Assembly: GCF_963921235.1 (NCBI RefSeq)
Contig: NC_086101.1
Location: 11,286,001 to 11,350,000 of the forward strand
Origin: Mobula hypostoma
Lineage: Eukaryota
Direction: 5' to 3'
DNA length: 64,000 nucleotides
The notes under the pieces were generated by a model. It was not told where the DNA came from and did no database searches. It saw only the letters and a list, made by a program, of their open reading frames with translations. Positions 12,930 through 25,449 of the stretch are shown here, one piece after another. The stretch's first letter is position 1, and every line of letters begins with the position of its first letter. The position numbers and the translations under genes were made by a program.

Positions 12930-15900
12930 AATCTAAAAGTTGCAAGCAATTGTCTCCCGGGACTCACAGTCCTGTTAGTCACAGTCACTCTGTGGGAAGC
13001 ATTTCCAGACATTTTGAGTGGACACAAATTGTGACCAGCAGACATTGTTTGTCTGCAGGCAGTTCCACACATGGAGGGGCTTTGGAGAGGTGGATTTTCA
13101 GCAGCTTGACAAAACACTGACTCTCAAATTCTCCATCTTGATCTAGTCATACCTGAGAGTTGGTCTGAAATACGAGGGTGATACTCAGTAACTGTTTCCT
13201 CAACCTCAGAGTGCCATAATCGAGAACCCCACTGGAAACAGTTCTGATCTGTAAATTGCTGATCCTACTATCAAAAAGTCATTGTGTAGAATATTAGACT
13301 TCCCTATCGAGGCTACTCCTAAGCTTTTTGAAAGGATATGATTCCATATTGTTTCTTTGGAAAATTTGTTTTTTGATGGCCTTAGCAACATGCCTCTGAA
13401 CTTTAGTGTGTCAGTCACCTATAAAAGTTAGTGCTTTTCTGCAATGCAAGGGACCAATTCTATCTGGCCTCTGGTCACGTTGAACACTGAAATGGTTGCA
13501 TGAAGGTTGACATCTAATAATTCAACAAACTCTAGACTGACCTGAGTTCAGCTGCATCAGCTGAAGGTGGTACTTTGATAATTGCATCGACTTTGCTCTG
13601 AGGCCTTGAACTCCAGCATCAGTTTGACAGGCCATGTAATGCTTAGTATTTGTGGAAATTGGCATTTTGCATGCTGACACTGATTCCATTAAGACTGCAG
13701 TCTGACCATCACTACTCCTGGTAGCTCCATACTGAAACCAGGATTTCACAGATGAAGCGGCCAGAGCGTGAGTGGGCCAGTGAAGTAGCGGAGCTTTGAG
13801 GCTTTGACTCGAGAGATTCTGGCAGTTTTGGCAGTTAGTCTGTGCAATCAAGTCAATCAAGATTTGAATAGATCAGCAGAAAGCAGTTGATTAGACAATC
13901 AAGATTTGAATAGCTCAGACTCAGCAGAAAGCAGCTGATTGGGCAGTCGAGGTCAGGTGACCAAACATTTTGAAAAGCTAAAACAGATAAATAGAGGGAT
14001 AGCTCAAGTGAAGCGGCCAGTGCGTGAGTGGGCCAGTGAAGGAGTGGAGCTTTGAGGCTTTGACTCGAGAGGCTTCGACGAGAAGAGGCTGAGGACAAGC
14101 TAGCTCGCAGTTAGTTTTTACAATGTCTCCTGAGACGGTGATGTGCCTCTCATGTGAGATGTGGCAGTCTTGGGGGAATGCCCCCTCCTGCAGAGTCACA
14201 TCTGCCAGAAGTGCATACGGCTGGGCGATCTGGAAGACCGTGTAAGGAATCTGGAGCAGCAGCTGGATGACCTTCGACTCATAAGGGAGAATGAGGCAGT
14301 CATAGATGAGAGCTACAGGGAGGTAGTCACACCTAGGCTGTCGGAAACAGGTCATTGGGTGACAGTCAGAGGGGGGAAAGCGAAGTTGAGCAGACAGGTA
14401 GTGCAGAGCACCCCTGAATGATAAGTTTACCGTCCTGGATACTGTTGGCGGGGACGACCGACCAGGTGTGACCACGGCACTGAGTCTGATCCTGTGGTGC
14501 AGAAGGGTGGGACGGAGAAGAGGAGAGCTGTCGTCATTGGAGACTCTATAGTCAGGGGAGCAGACAGGAGATTTTGTGGACGTGAGAAGGACACCCGCAT
14601 GGTTTGTTGCTTCCCGGGTGCCAGGGTCTGGGATGTCTCTGACCGGGTGCACGACATCCTGGTACGAGAGGGAAAGCAACCAGAAGTCGTGATACATGTT
14701 GGGACCAACGACACAGGCAGGAAGAGGGATGAGGTCCTGAAGTGTGAGTTTCGGGAATTAGGCAGAAGGCTGAAGAACAGGACCTCAAGGGTGACGTTCT
14801 CAGGATTGCTGCCAGTGCTACATGACAGAGATGGTAAGAATTGGAGGAGATGGCAGTTGAATGCGTGGCTGAGGAGTTGATGCAGGGAGCAGGGTCTTAC
14901 ATTTTTAGATCATTGGGATCTCTTCTGGGGAAAGTGGGACCTGTACAGATTGGATGGGTTGCACCTGAACTCGAGGGGGAACAATATCCTTGCAGGTAGG
15001 TTTGCTGGCATGGTTCGGGAGGGTTTAAATTAATTTGTGAGGGGGATGGGAGCCAGAACGATAGAGCAGTGAAAGAAGTGCATGGAGTAAAGCCTAACAT
15101 ACAGAGAGGCTTTGAGGAAAGAGAAGCAGAATAAATGGTGTAAAGACAGTAACGTAGAAGGGCTGAAATGTGTGTACCTCAATGCAAGAAGCATCAGGAA
15201 CAAAGGTGATGAACTGAGAGCTTGGATACATACATGGAATTATGATGTAGTGGCCATTACAGAGACTTGGCTGGCACCAGGGCAGCAATGGATTCTCAAT
15301 ATTCCTGGATTTCAGTGCTTTAAAAGGGATAGAGAGGGCGGAAAAAGGGGAGGAGGGGTGGCATTACTGGTCAGGGATACTATTACAGCTACAGAAAGGG
15401 TGGGTAATGTAGCAGGATTCTCTTTTGAGTCAGTATGGGTGGAAGTCTGGAACAGGAAGGGAGCAGTTACTCTACTGGGGGTATTCTATAGGCCCCCTGG
15501 TAGCAGCAGAGATACAGTGGAGCAGATTGGGAGGCAGATTTTGGAAAGATGCAAAAATAACGGGGTTGTTATCATGGGTGACTTTAACTTTCCTAATATT
15601 GATTGGCACCTGATTAGTTCCAAGGGTTTAGATGGGGCAGAATTTGTTAAGTGTGTCCAGGATGGATTCCTGTCACAGTATGTGGACAGGCCGACCAGGG
15701 GGAATGCCATACTAGATCTAGTACTAGGTAATGAACCAGGTCAGGTTACAGATCTCTCAGTGGGTGAGCATCTGGGGGACAGTGACCACCGCTCCCTGGC
15801 CTTTAGCATTATCATGGAAAAGGATAGAATCATAGAGGACAGGAAAATTTTTAATTGGGGAAAGGCAAATTATGAGGCTATAAGGCTAGAACTTGCGGGT

Positions 15901-18325
15901 GTGAATTGGGATGATGTTTTTGCAGGGAAATGTACTATGGACATGTGGTTGATGTTTAGAGATCTCTTGCAGGATGCAAGGGATAAATTTGTCCCGGTGA
16001 GGAAGATAAAGAATGGTAGGGTGAAGGAACCATGGGTGACAAGTGAGGTGGAGAATCTGGTCAGGAGGAAGAAGGCAGCATACGTGAGGTTTAGGAAGCA
16101 AGGATCAGCTGGGTCTATTGAGGAATATAGGGAAGCAAGAAAGGAGCTTAAGAAGGGGCTGAGAAGAGCAAGAATGGGACATGAGAAGGCCTTGGCGAGT
16201 AGGGTAAAGGAAAACCCCAAGGCATTCTTCAATTATGTGAAGAAAAAAAGGATGACAGGAGTGAAGGTAGGACCGATTAGAGATAAAGGTGGGAAGATGT
16301 GCCTGGAGGCTGTGGAAGTGAGCGAGGTCCTCAATGAATACTTCTCTTTGGTATTCACCAATGAGAGGGAACTTGATGATGGTGAGGACAATATGAGTGT
16401 GGTTGATGTTCTGGAGCATGCTGATATTAAGGGAGAGAAGGTGTTGGAGTTGTTCAAATACATTAGGACGGATAAGTCCCCGGGGCCTGATCGAATATTC
16501 CCCAGGCTGCTCCACGAGGCGAGAGAAGAGATTGCTGAGCCTCTGGCTAGGATCTTTATGTCCTCGTTGTCCACGGGAATGGTACCGTAGGATTGGAGGG
16601 AGGCGAATGTTGTTCCCTTGTTCAAAAAAGGTAGTAGGGATAGTCCGGGTAATTATAGACCAGTGAGCCTTACGTCTGTGGTGGGAAAGCTGTTGGAAAA
16701 GATTCTTAGAGATAAGATCTATAGGCATTTAGAGAATCATGGTGTGATCAGGGACAGTCAGCATGGCTTTGTGAAGGGCAGATCGTGTCTAACAAGCCTG
16801 ATAGAGTTCTTTGAGGAGGTGACCAGGTGGATTCAGAATTGGCTTGCCTGCAGAAGGCAGAGGGTGGTGGTGGAGGGAGTACATTGAGATTGGAGGATTG
16901 TGACTAGTGGTGTCCCACAAGGATCTGTTCTGGGACCTCTACTTTTTGTGATTTTTATTAACGACCTGGATGTGGGGGTAGAAGGGTGGGTTGGCAAGTT
17001 TGCAGATGACACAAAGGTTGGTAGTGTTGTAGATAGTGTAGAGGATTGTCAAAGATTGCAGACAGACATTGATAGGATGCAGAAGTGGGCTGAGAAGTGG
17101 CAGATGGAGTTCAACCCAGAGAAGTGTGAGGTGATACACTTTGGAAGGACAAACTCCAAGGCAGAGTACAAAGTAAATGGCAGGATACTTGGTAGTGTGG
17201 AGGAGCAGAGGGATCTCGGGGTACATGTCCACAGAGCCCTGAAAGTTGCCTCACAGGTGGATAGGGTAGTTAAGAAAGCTTATGAGGTGTTAGCTTTCAT
17301 AAGTCGAGGGATAGAGTTTAAGAGTCGCGATGTAATGATGCAGCTCTATAAAACTCTGGTTTGGCCACACTTGGAGTATTGTGTCCAGTTCTGGTCACCT
17401 CACTATAGGAAGGATGTGGAAGCATTGGAAAGGGTACAGAGGAAATTTATCAGGATGCTGCCTGGTTTAGAAAGTATGCATTATGATCAGAGATTAAGGG
17501 AGCTAGGGCTTTACTCTTTGGAGAGAAGGAGGATGAGAGGAGACATGATAGAGGTGTACAAGATAATAAGAGGAATAGATAGAGTGGATAGCCAGCGCCT
17601 CTTCCCCAGGGCACCACTGCTCAATACAAGAGGACATGGCTTTAAGGTAAGGGGTGGGAAGTTCAAGGGGGATATTAGAGGAAGGTTTTTTACTCAGAGA
17701 GTGGTTGGTGCGTGGAATGCACTGCCTGAGTCAGTGGTGGAGGCAGATACACTAATGAAGTTTAAGAGACTATTAGACAGGTATCTGGAGGAATCTAAGG
17801 TGGGGGCTTATATGGGAGGCAGGGTTTGAGGGTCGGCACAACATTGTGGGCCAAAGGGCCTGGACTGTGCAGTACTATTCTGTGTTCTATGAAGAAAAGA
17901 GCATAATCAGCTGATCCAAAATCTCATCTGTTGCACAGTGCATAAACTCCGGTGGTCTTTAACCTCCACATGCCCTTTATGTGTGTTAATTGTGAGACAC
18001 GTCAGTCACTGTATTCAGGCCTATCTGCTGTTTAGAGATGGATAAATTCATCTTACTGAATCCATTTGCCTGTCCAGTTGCAAAAAGAATTGAGCTATGT
18101 GTATGAACATTCATGTAGCAATTTAGTCCCACGGCATCACTGTTTCACCGTGATTTGGAAATGGGAGCAACCCAATCACAGCTCAGATGGGACAGAATAC
18201 CATGTCTCTTCAGACAGCCCAGTTCATGCACAACTGCTTCTTTTGTGATCTGGAGAAGAGTTTGGGTCTTGTGGAAGGTGTGAGTAGCTTGTACTTCCAC
18301 ATGGATCTTCACATTGAAATCCTTT
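12930..18325 (-). mobile_element. Old Ty3/Gypsy pol remnant (RT to integrase), split by the CR1 at 13758-17890
   Basis: Manual minus-strand translation: HLKDFNVKIHV, EAVVHELGCLKRHGILSHLSCDWVAPI, FSKMNLS, CLTINTHKG (17.9-18.3 kb); SKVDAIIKVPPSADAAELRS (13.6 kb); VHSK integrase-like motif near 13.0 kb. Confidence 0.7.
13758..17890 (+). mobile_element. Near full-length CR1 LINE with 6-bp TSD (atgaag)
   Basis: ORF1 GDSIVRG...HVGTND; ORF2 492-aa APE piece and 309-aa RT piece with FADD; atgaag at 13752-13757 and 17889-17894. Confidence 0.97.
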
Positions 18326-18559
18326 AAATGTGTGTGTGTGTGTCAAAAACCTTCCTTTCTTTCTAAGCTGACAATTGTTTCTGAGTTTAATGTGAACCCA
18401 GTTTAATATCCTTCCCCACTGGCTTCTGTGTTTTCAAACTCCCAGATTCTAGGCACAGCCCCTCATCATTATCATACAGGTACTCCTCATTCATATCATC
18501 CATTGGGAACTTAACGCTGGTGTTTCTCTCCCTTTTGACAGTATTAGCTGTTTTTTTTT

Positions 18560-18750
18560 ACTAATAGTTCTGATAACAACCCTGGTCTGCACCCTATCAC
18601 AGGCATTATACCTTCTCCCCACTGTACAGGAATTTGCAACTTAAAGCAAACTTGTCTTCTTATTTTTGCCATTCTGATGAAAGGTCCTTGGCCCAAAATG
18701 TTGACTCATTTTCTTTGCAAATGTTGCCTGGCCTGCTGAATTCTTCAGAA
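18560..18750 (+). mobile_element. Degenerate Penelope pLTR fragment
   Basis: ttctgatgaaaggtccttggcccaaaatgttgac...gttgcctggcctgctga. Confidence 0.55.
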
Positions 18751-18954
18751 ATTTGGTATACACCCCAATATGTTTTACTTGCATATAATTTTCCATTTCT
18801 GAACAACAGTGTTGTTGAACTGAACAATTTTGCCAAAGTTCTCTTTTATTTCCACAATTTTACCCCTTATTCTTTGCCATGTATTAAAAGCCTAGAGTGC
18901 ACTTAACTCTTCTGGAGTTAATCAATACTTGGCCATTTGTTTAAACTTTGGGGG

Positions 18955-19559
18955 AATTTCTCCTTGTGCATGTTTTATGAAAAGCAAGAAATGACACAAA
19001 ATACATGAAGTTCAGTTTTTGACAGTGGAAGTGTTGATTGTTCTCTGTCACTGTTTACAGCCAGGTTCTTCAGTTGCTCGATCACTTGCTGGCCCTTTGT
19101 GAGAAATGTTGCTGCATATGTTGGTCATGATAAACTTTGTGGCTCATATTGTATTATTGGTTCAGAATTTAAATGACCAAGTTGTAATCCTGACCTTAAG
19201 TCTTGATTGTGGAGTTTACACATTTTCTCTGTGGCTGTGCAGGATTGCCCTGCATGCTTAGTTTCCTCATGCATCCCATAAACTCTCAGATTGGTAGGCT
19301 AATTGGTTGCTGTAAATACTGTAATGACCAGAGGAACATTTGGGGAGTTGATGTGAATGTGAGGAGAATAAAATGAATTAGGGCAGGATTAATGTCAGTG
19401 GGTATTTGGTGTTAACACAAATTTTGTGGACCTACTGGCCTGTTTCCATCCTGTTCTGTTTTGTAAATCTATCATAGTCCATAAAGTATGCTAGTTACCA
19501 AAGGATCTAGTGCTTTTGTGGCTTAAATGATGAATAAATTCTCCACGCATGAGAGAACA
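18955..19559 (+). repeat. Partner copy of 10843-11435
   Basis: Colinear similarity read directly. Confidence 0.9.
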
Positions 19560-19659
19560 GGAATCCTATACTTACTGACAGCACCTCAGCAACATTTCCC
19601 GACTACAATTCCCATTAGACTTGCCAGCGATGGTTAGAGTGTTGTTGAATTTTCGGGAA

Positions 19660-22600
19660 CAAGCAAGCAGCTGAGAAGAAGGGAGTGAAGAAATCGGGTA
19701 CAAAAAGTCTTTTTTTAAACACTGCTTGGGGAGAAGGGTCTGCACTGTGCAGGCACGTGATGTGGCGTGCCAAGGTTTAAAAACAGACCACCATGTACAG
19801 CGGGCAGCATTGTGAGCGGGCAGTGGAGTGACAGGGAGCAGAGTGGGACGTATTTGGCTTAACAGGCTTCAGCGAGAACAGGCAGAGGCCAGGGTAGGTT
19901 CTGGTAAGTTTTTTTTTGTTCAGATTGCTTAGAGTAGAGAGAATGCCAGGCAGGGTGTTGGAATGCTCCTCTTGCAGGATGTGGGAAGTCAGGGAGCCCT
20001 CCGGTGTCCCTGACAACGACTCCTGCAAGAAGTGCACCCAGCTGCAGCTCCTAACAAACAACGTTAGGGAACTGGAGCAGGAGCTGGATGACCTGCGGAT
20101 CATTCAGGAGAATGAGGAGATTACAGATCGTAGCTACAGGGAGGTAGTTACACCAAAGGAGCAGAGGACAGGAAATTGGGTCACTGTCAGGTGAGGGAAG
20201 AGGAAAGGGCAGGCAGAGCAGGGTTCCCCTGTGGCCATTCCCCTCAACAACAAGTATACCGCATTGGATACTGTTGGGGGGATGACTTACCTGGGACAAG
20301 CTGCAGCAGCCGGATCTCTGGCACTGAGTCTGGTTCTGCAGTGCAGAAGGAAGGGTGGAAAAAGAGGAGAGCAGTAGTGATAAGGGACTCGATAGTTAGA
20401 GGTGGTTCTGTGGTCGTGACAGAGAATCCAGGATGGTTTGTTGCCTCCTGGGTGCCAGCGTCAAGGATGTCTCTGATCGCTTGCATGACATTCTGAAGTG
20501 GGAGGGTGACCAGCCAGATGTCGTGGTGCACATCGGTACCAATGACATAGCAAGGAAGAGTGAGGAGGTCCTGGAGAGTGAGTATAGAGAGCTTGGTAGG
20601 AAGTTGAAAAGCAGGACCTCGAGGGTGGTAATCTCAGGATTGCTACCTGTGCTACATGCCAGTGAGGGTAAGAATAGGATGCTCTGGAGGATGAACAAGT
20701 GGCTGAGGAACTGGTGTAGGGGGCAGGGTTTCAGATTTCAGGATCATTGGGACCTCTTCTGGGGCAGGTGGGACCTGGACAAGAGAGACGGGTTACACCT
20801 GAACTACAGGGGGACCAATATCCTTTCAGCGAGGTTTGTTAGTGCTATTGGGGAAGCTTTAAACTAGATTTGCAGGGGGATGGGAACCAGAGTGCCAGAA
20901 CTGACAGTGGGGCTGGGGTGAAAATAAATGATGTTAAAAGTTCAAGCAAAGCCGCTAGAAAGGTTGTGAGTGGTGGTAAAAATCTTCTGAGGTGTATATA
21001 TTTCAATGCTAGGAGTATTGTGAGAAAGGCAGACGAGAGGGCATGGATTGACACATGGAATTATAACGTTATAGCAATTAGTGAAACTTGGCTACAGGAA
21101 GGGCAGGACTGGCAGCTTAATATTCCAGGGTTCCGATGTTTCAGATGTGATCGAGGCAGAGGAATGAAAGGTGGGGGAGTAGCATTGCTTGTCAGGGAAA
21201 ATGTTACAGCAGTGCTCAGGCAGGACAGATCAGAGGGCTTGTCTACTGAGTCCTTATTGGTGGAGCTGAGAAACAGGAAAGGTATGGCCACATTAGTGGG
21301 GTTGTATTATAGACCACCCAGTAGTCAGCGAGAATTGGAGGAGCAAATCTGCAGAGAGATAGCAGGCAACTGCAGGAAACATAAAGTTGTGGTGGTAGGA
21401 GATTTTAATTTTCCACATATTGATTGGGACTCCCATACTGTTAGGGGTCTAGATGGGTTAGAGTTTGTAAAATGTGTTCAGGAAAGTTTTCTAAATCAAT
21501 ATGTAGAGGTACCGGCTAGAGGGGATGCAATATTACATCTCCTATTAGGAAAAGAGTTAGGACAAGTGACGGAAGGGGAGCACTTTGGTTCCAGTGATCA
21601 TAACCCCATTAGTTTCTACTTGATCATGGATAAAGATAGATCTGGTCCTAGGGATGAGGTTGTAAACTGAAAGAAGGCCAAATTTGAAGAAATGGGAAAA
21701 GATCTAAAAAACGTGGATTGGGACAGGTTGTTCTCTGGCAAGGATGTGATCGGTAAGTGGGAAGCCTTCAAAGGAGAAACCTTGAGAGTGCAGAGCTTGT
21801 ATGTTCCTGTCAAGATTAAAGGCAAAGTTAATAGGAATAAGGAGCCTTGGTTCTCAAGGGATATTGCAACTCTGATGAAGAAGAAGAGAGAGTTGTATAA
21901 CATGTGTAGGAAACAAGGAGTAAGTAAGGTGCTTGAGGAGTATAAAAAGTGCAAGAAAATACTTAAGAAAGAAATCAGGAGGGCTAAAAGAAGACATGAG
22001 GTTGCCTTGGAAGTCAAAGTGAAGGATAATCCAAAGAGCTTTTCAAGATATATTAAGAGTGAAAGGATTGTAAGGGATAAAATTCGTCCTCTTGAAGATT
22101 AGAGCGTTGGCTATGTGCGGAACCAAAAGAAATGGGGGAGATCTTAAATGAGTTTTTTTGTGTCTGTATTGACTAAGGAAACTGGCATGAAGTCTATGGA
22201 ATTAAGGGAAACAAGTAGTGAGATCATAGAAACTGTACAGATCGAAAAGGAGGAGGTGCTTGCTATCTTGAGGCAAATTAACGTGGATAAATCCCCAGGA
22301 CCTGACAAGGTGTTCCCTCAGACCTTGAAGGAGACTAGAGTTGAAATTGCAGGGGCCCTGGCAGAAATATTTAAAATGTCGGTGTCTACGGTTGAGGTGC
22401 CGGAGGATTGGAGAGTGGCTCATGTTGTTCCGTTGTTTAAAAAAGGATCGAAAAGTAATCTGGGAAATTATAGGCCAGTAAATTTGACATCGGTAGTGGG
22501 TAAGTTATCGGAGGGAGTACTAAGAGACAGAATGTACAAGCATTTGGATAGGCAGGGACTTATTAGGGAGAGTCAACATGGCTTTGTGCGAGGTAGGTCA

Positions 22601-23860
22601 TGTTTGACCAATGTATTGGAGTTTTTGAGGAGGTTACCAGGAAAGTGGATGAAGGGAAGGCAGTGGATGTTGTCCACGTGGACTTCAGAAAGGCCTTTGA
22701 CAAGGTCCCGCATGGAAGGTTAGTTAGGAATATTCAGTCACTGGGTATTCATGGAGAGGTGGTAAATTGGATTAGACATTGGCTCAATGGAAGAAGCCAA
22801 AGAGTGGTTGTAGAGGATTGCTTCTCAGAGCGGAGGCCTGTGACCAGTGGTGTGCCACAGGGATCAGTGCTGGGTCCATTGTTATTTGTCATCTATATCA
22901 AGGATCTGGATGATAATGTGTTAAACTGGATCAGCAAATTTGCTGATGATACAAAGATTGGAGGTGTAGTGGACAGTGAGGAAGGTTTTCAAAGCTTTCA
23001 GAGGGATTTGGACCAGCTGGAAAAATGGTCTCAAAAATGGCAGATGGAGTTTAATACAGACAAGTGTGAGGTATTGCACTTTGGAAGGACAAACCAAGGT
23101 AGAACATACAGGGTAAATGGTAAGACACTGAGGAGTGCAGTAGAACAGAGGGATCTGGGAATACAGATACAAAATTCCCTAAAAGTGGCGTCACAGGTAG
23201 ATAGGGTCGTAAAGAGAGCTTTGGTACATTGGCCTTTAATAATCAAAGTATTGAGTATAAGAGCTGGAATGTTATGATGAGGTTGTATAAGGCATTGGTG
23301 AGGCCGAATCTGGAGTATTGTGTTCAGTTTTGGTCACCAAATTACAGGAAGGATATTAATAAGGTTGAAAGAGTGCAGAGAAGGTTTACAAGGATGTTGC
23401 CGGGACTTGAGAAACTCAGTTACAGAGAAAGGTTGAATAGGTTAGGACTTTATTCCCTGGATCGTAGAAGAATGAGGGGAGATTTGACAGAGGTATATAA
23501 AATTATGATGGGTATAGGTAGAGTGAATGCAAGCAGGCTTTTTTCCACTGAGGCAAGGGGAGAAAGAAAAAACAGAGGACATGGGTTGAGGGTGAAGAGG
23601 GAAAACTTTAAAGGGAACATTGGGGGGGGCTTCTTCACACAGAGAGTGGTGGGAGTGTGGAATGAGCTGCCAGACGAGGTGGTAAATGTGGGTTCTTTTT
23701 TAACATTTAAGAATAAATTGGACAGATACATGGATGGGAGGCGTATGGAGGGATATGGTCCGTGTGCAGGTCAGTGGGACTAGGCAGAAAGTGGTTCGGG
23801 ACAGCCAAGAAGGGCCAAAAGGCCTGTTTCTGTGCTGTAGTTTTTCTATGGTTTTCTATA
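19660..23860 (+). mobile_element. Full-length CR1 LINE, degenerate
   Basis: ORF1 ECSSCRMW...CKKC zinc finger and HIGTND, ending GEALN*; ORF2 YFNARS, SETW, GDFN, FADD; tail tttctatggttttctata. Confidence 0.97.
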
Positions 23861-24337
23861 GTAACAACTGGTTTAAACATGTACAGGAACAATATTTTTA
23901 CTAATATGATACTGTGATGATTGTACCTTTATATTACTGAACATTATACTGTTCTGGAGTATGTAAATACATTTTACTAATCTAATTATGAAAATCTTGA
24001 CAATAATTTCCCTATTTTAATACAAGTTTGTTGGTTAGAAATGTTCCCTACATTTCGAAAGTGAGGTGGGGGCTCAGTGCTGAACCTGGTGCTCCTTTGC
24101 CCAGTAACTTGTTCCCACCTTGTGTGGAGAGGCCAAGGACATTTTTTCTCAGGTTATTGGGAGTGGGGTTGGTGGACATTGGTGCTAAGGACAGTGAGGG
24201 AGGGGATGCTCACAGCTTCCGTTAAATGACAGGACTAACATCTCTCTCTCTCGCCCCCCCCTCACTCCACCACTACCCCACTCCCCCTCCCCACAACCCC
24301 TCTCCCAGCTTGTCAGCCTCTCGACTCTTCTGCTGAG

Positions 24338-24395
24338 ATGAGAGTGATTCACTGCACTCTGCTGTTACTGAATGAGATTCTCATCTCACTCCAGG
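24338..24395 (+). CDS. Signal-peptide exon of butyrophilin-like gene (exon 24309-24395)
   Basis: Pyrimidine tract plus cccag acceptor ending 24308; ATG at 24338 gives MRVIHCTLLLLNEILISLQ-G; phase-1 donor G|gtaatt at 24396 joins in frame to GT GAT TTT of the IgV exon. Too short for the ORF track. Confidence 0.8.
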
Positions 24396-24794
24396 GTAAT
24401 TATCACAAAATCTTGTTTAATTATGTTTCTTTATCTCACAGAGTAGACACATGGAATCAGAAGATAAATTGTTTTATACTTAGTAACTTATGAAATTGTT
24501 CACACTACTTAACTGCAATGAATGAATGTCCCATTCCTATCCTTGAAAGTGAGATTCTAGATATCTGTAATTACAAAAACATTTTCAAGTGCCTTTTATT
24601 TGGTTAAAAACTATAAATTGCTGACTTTTATATGCATTAATTTGCGAGATAGATGAAATGTATGAGAGTATTGAGTTTAGTTTTTGGTGTGTATCTAATC
24701 AAACCCCCACAATGACTTCTGCTAGAACTCCCATGAATCACAGGAAAACCATTAAACATGTAGACACACGCACGCACGTGCGCGCAGACACAGA

Positions 24795-24925
24795 CAGACA
24801 ATCCTGCGGATACTGGAAATCCAGAGTAACTCAGCAAATGCTGGAGGAATTCTGACAGGTCAGGCAGCATCCATGGAGAAGAATTAGAAGTCACTGTTTT
24901 GGGCTGAGACCCTTCATCAGGACTC
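24795..24925 (-). mobile_element. Penelope pLTR fragment
   Basis: aatgctggaggaattctgacaggtcaggcagcatcc...gggctgagacccttcatcaggac. Confidence 0.7.
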
Positions 24926-25449
24926 CAGTGGTCCTGGATTCATACGATTTCTTGCTGGGCTTTTCCATTTTTACTAGCATTGCATTTGTTGGCTCAGACA
25001 CACCCTGTATAGGAATCCCTTCCCCAGCAGTGTCTGAATGGTGGAACACCCTCCCCAGCAACACTGGGAGACATTCACCAGAAGTAACGGAGCAGTTCAA
25101 GGAAACAAAACATCAGCTCATCCTCAAGAATAATTGATGTACCAATCTTGTAAGTTGAGAAAGCAAAGAGTGGTTTGCATCCAGCAATATTTGTGAGGGC
25201 AAGTCATCATTAGGCTCTGTGCCAAATTCATGGCATATAAATGATATGATGTCTGTGAAAGAATGTTAAACAGGCCATGAACAGCAAGTCAGGAACAGCT
25301 TGTTCAAATGCCCTTCACTGTGAAATCTGCACATTTTGGGTTCTGTGCACCCGAAAGTTGACCTTCCATCCAAAAGCTTTTCCTCAGTGCACTCTGCCTT
25401 TAGAGAATATTGTAGGTTTTCACGAATAAAAATGGTGAAGACATTTTAT

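Noticed and set aside
13758..23860. Active autonomous CR1 elements
   Set aside because: Both near full-length copies carry stops, frameshifts or deletions in ORF1 and ORF2.
24442..24548. Strong acceptor followed by ATGGAATCAG as a coding exon
   Set aside because: Stop after 10 codons and no signal-peptide character; the exon at 24309-24395 fits better.
24928..25137. Hydrophobic ORF as a signal or TM exon
   Set aside because: No suitable phase-1 donor after the hydrophobic stretch; it abuts a Penelope fragment.
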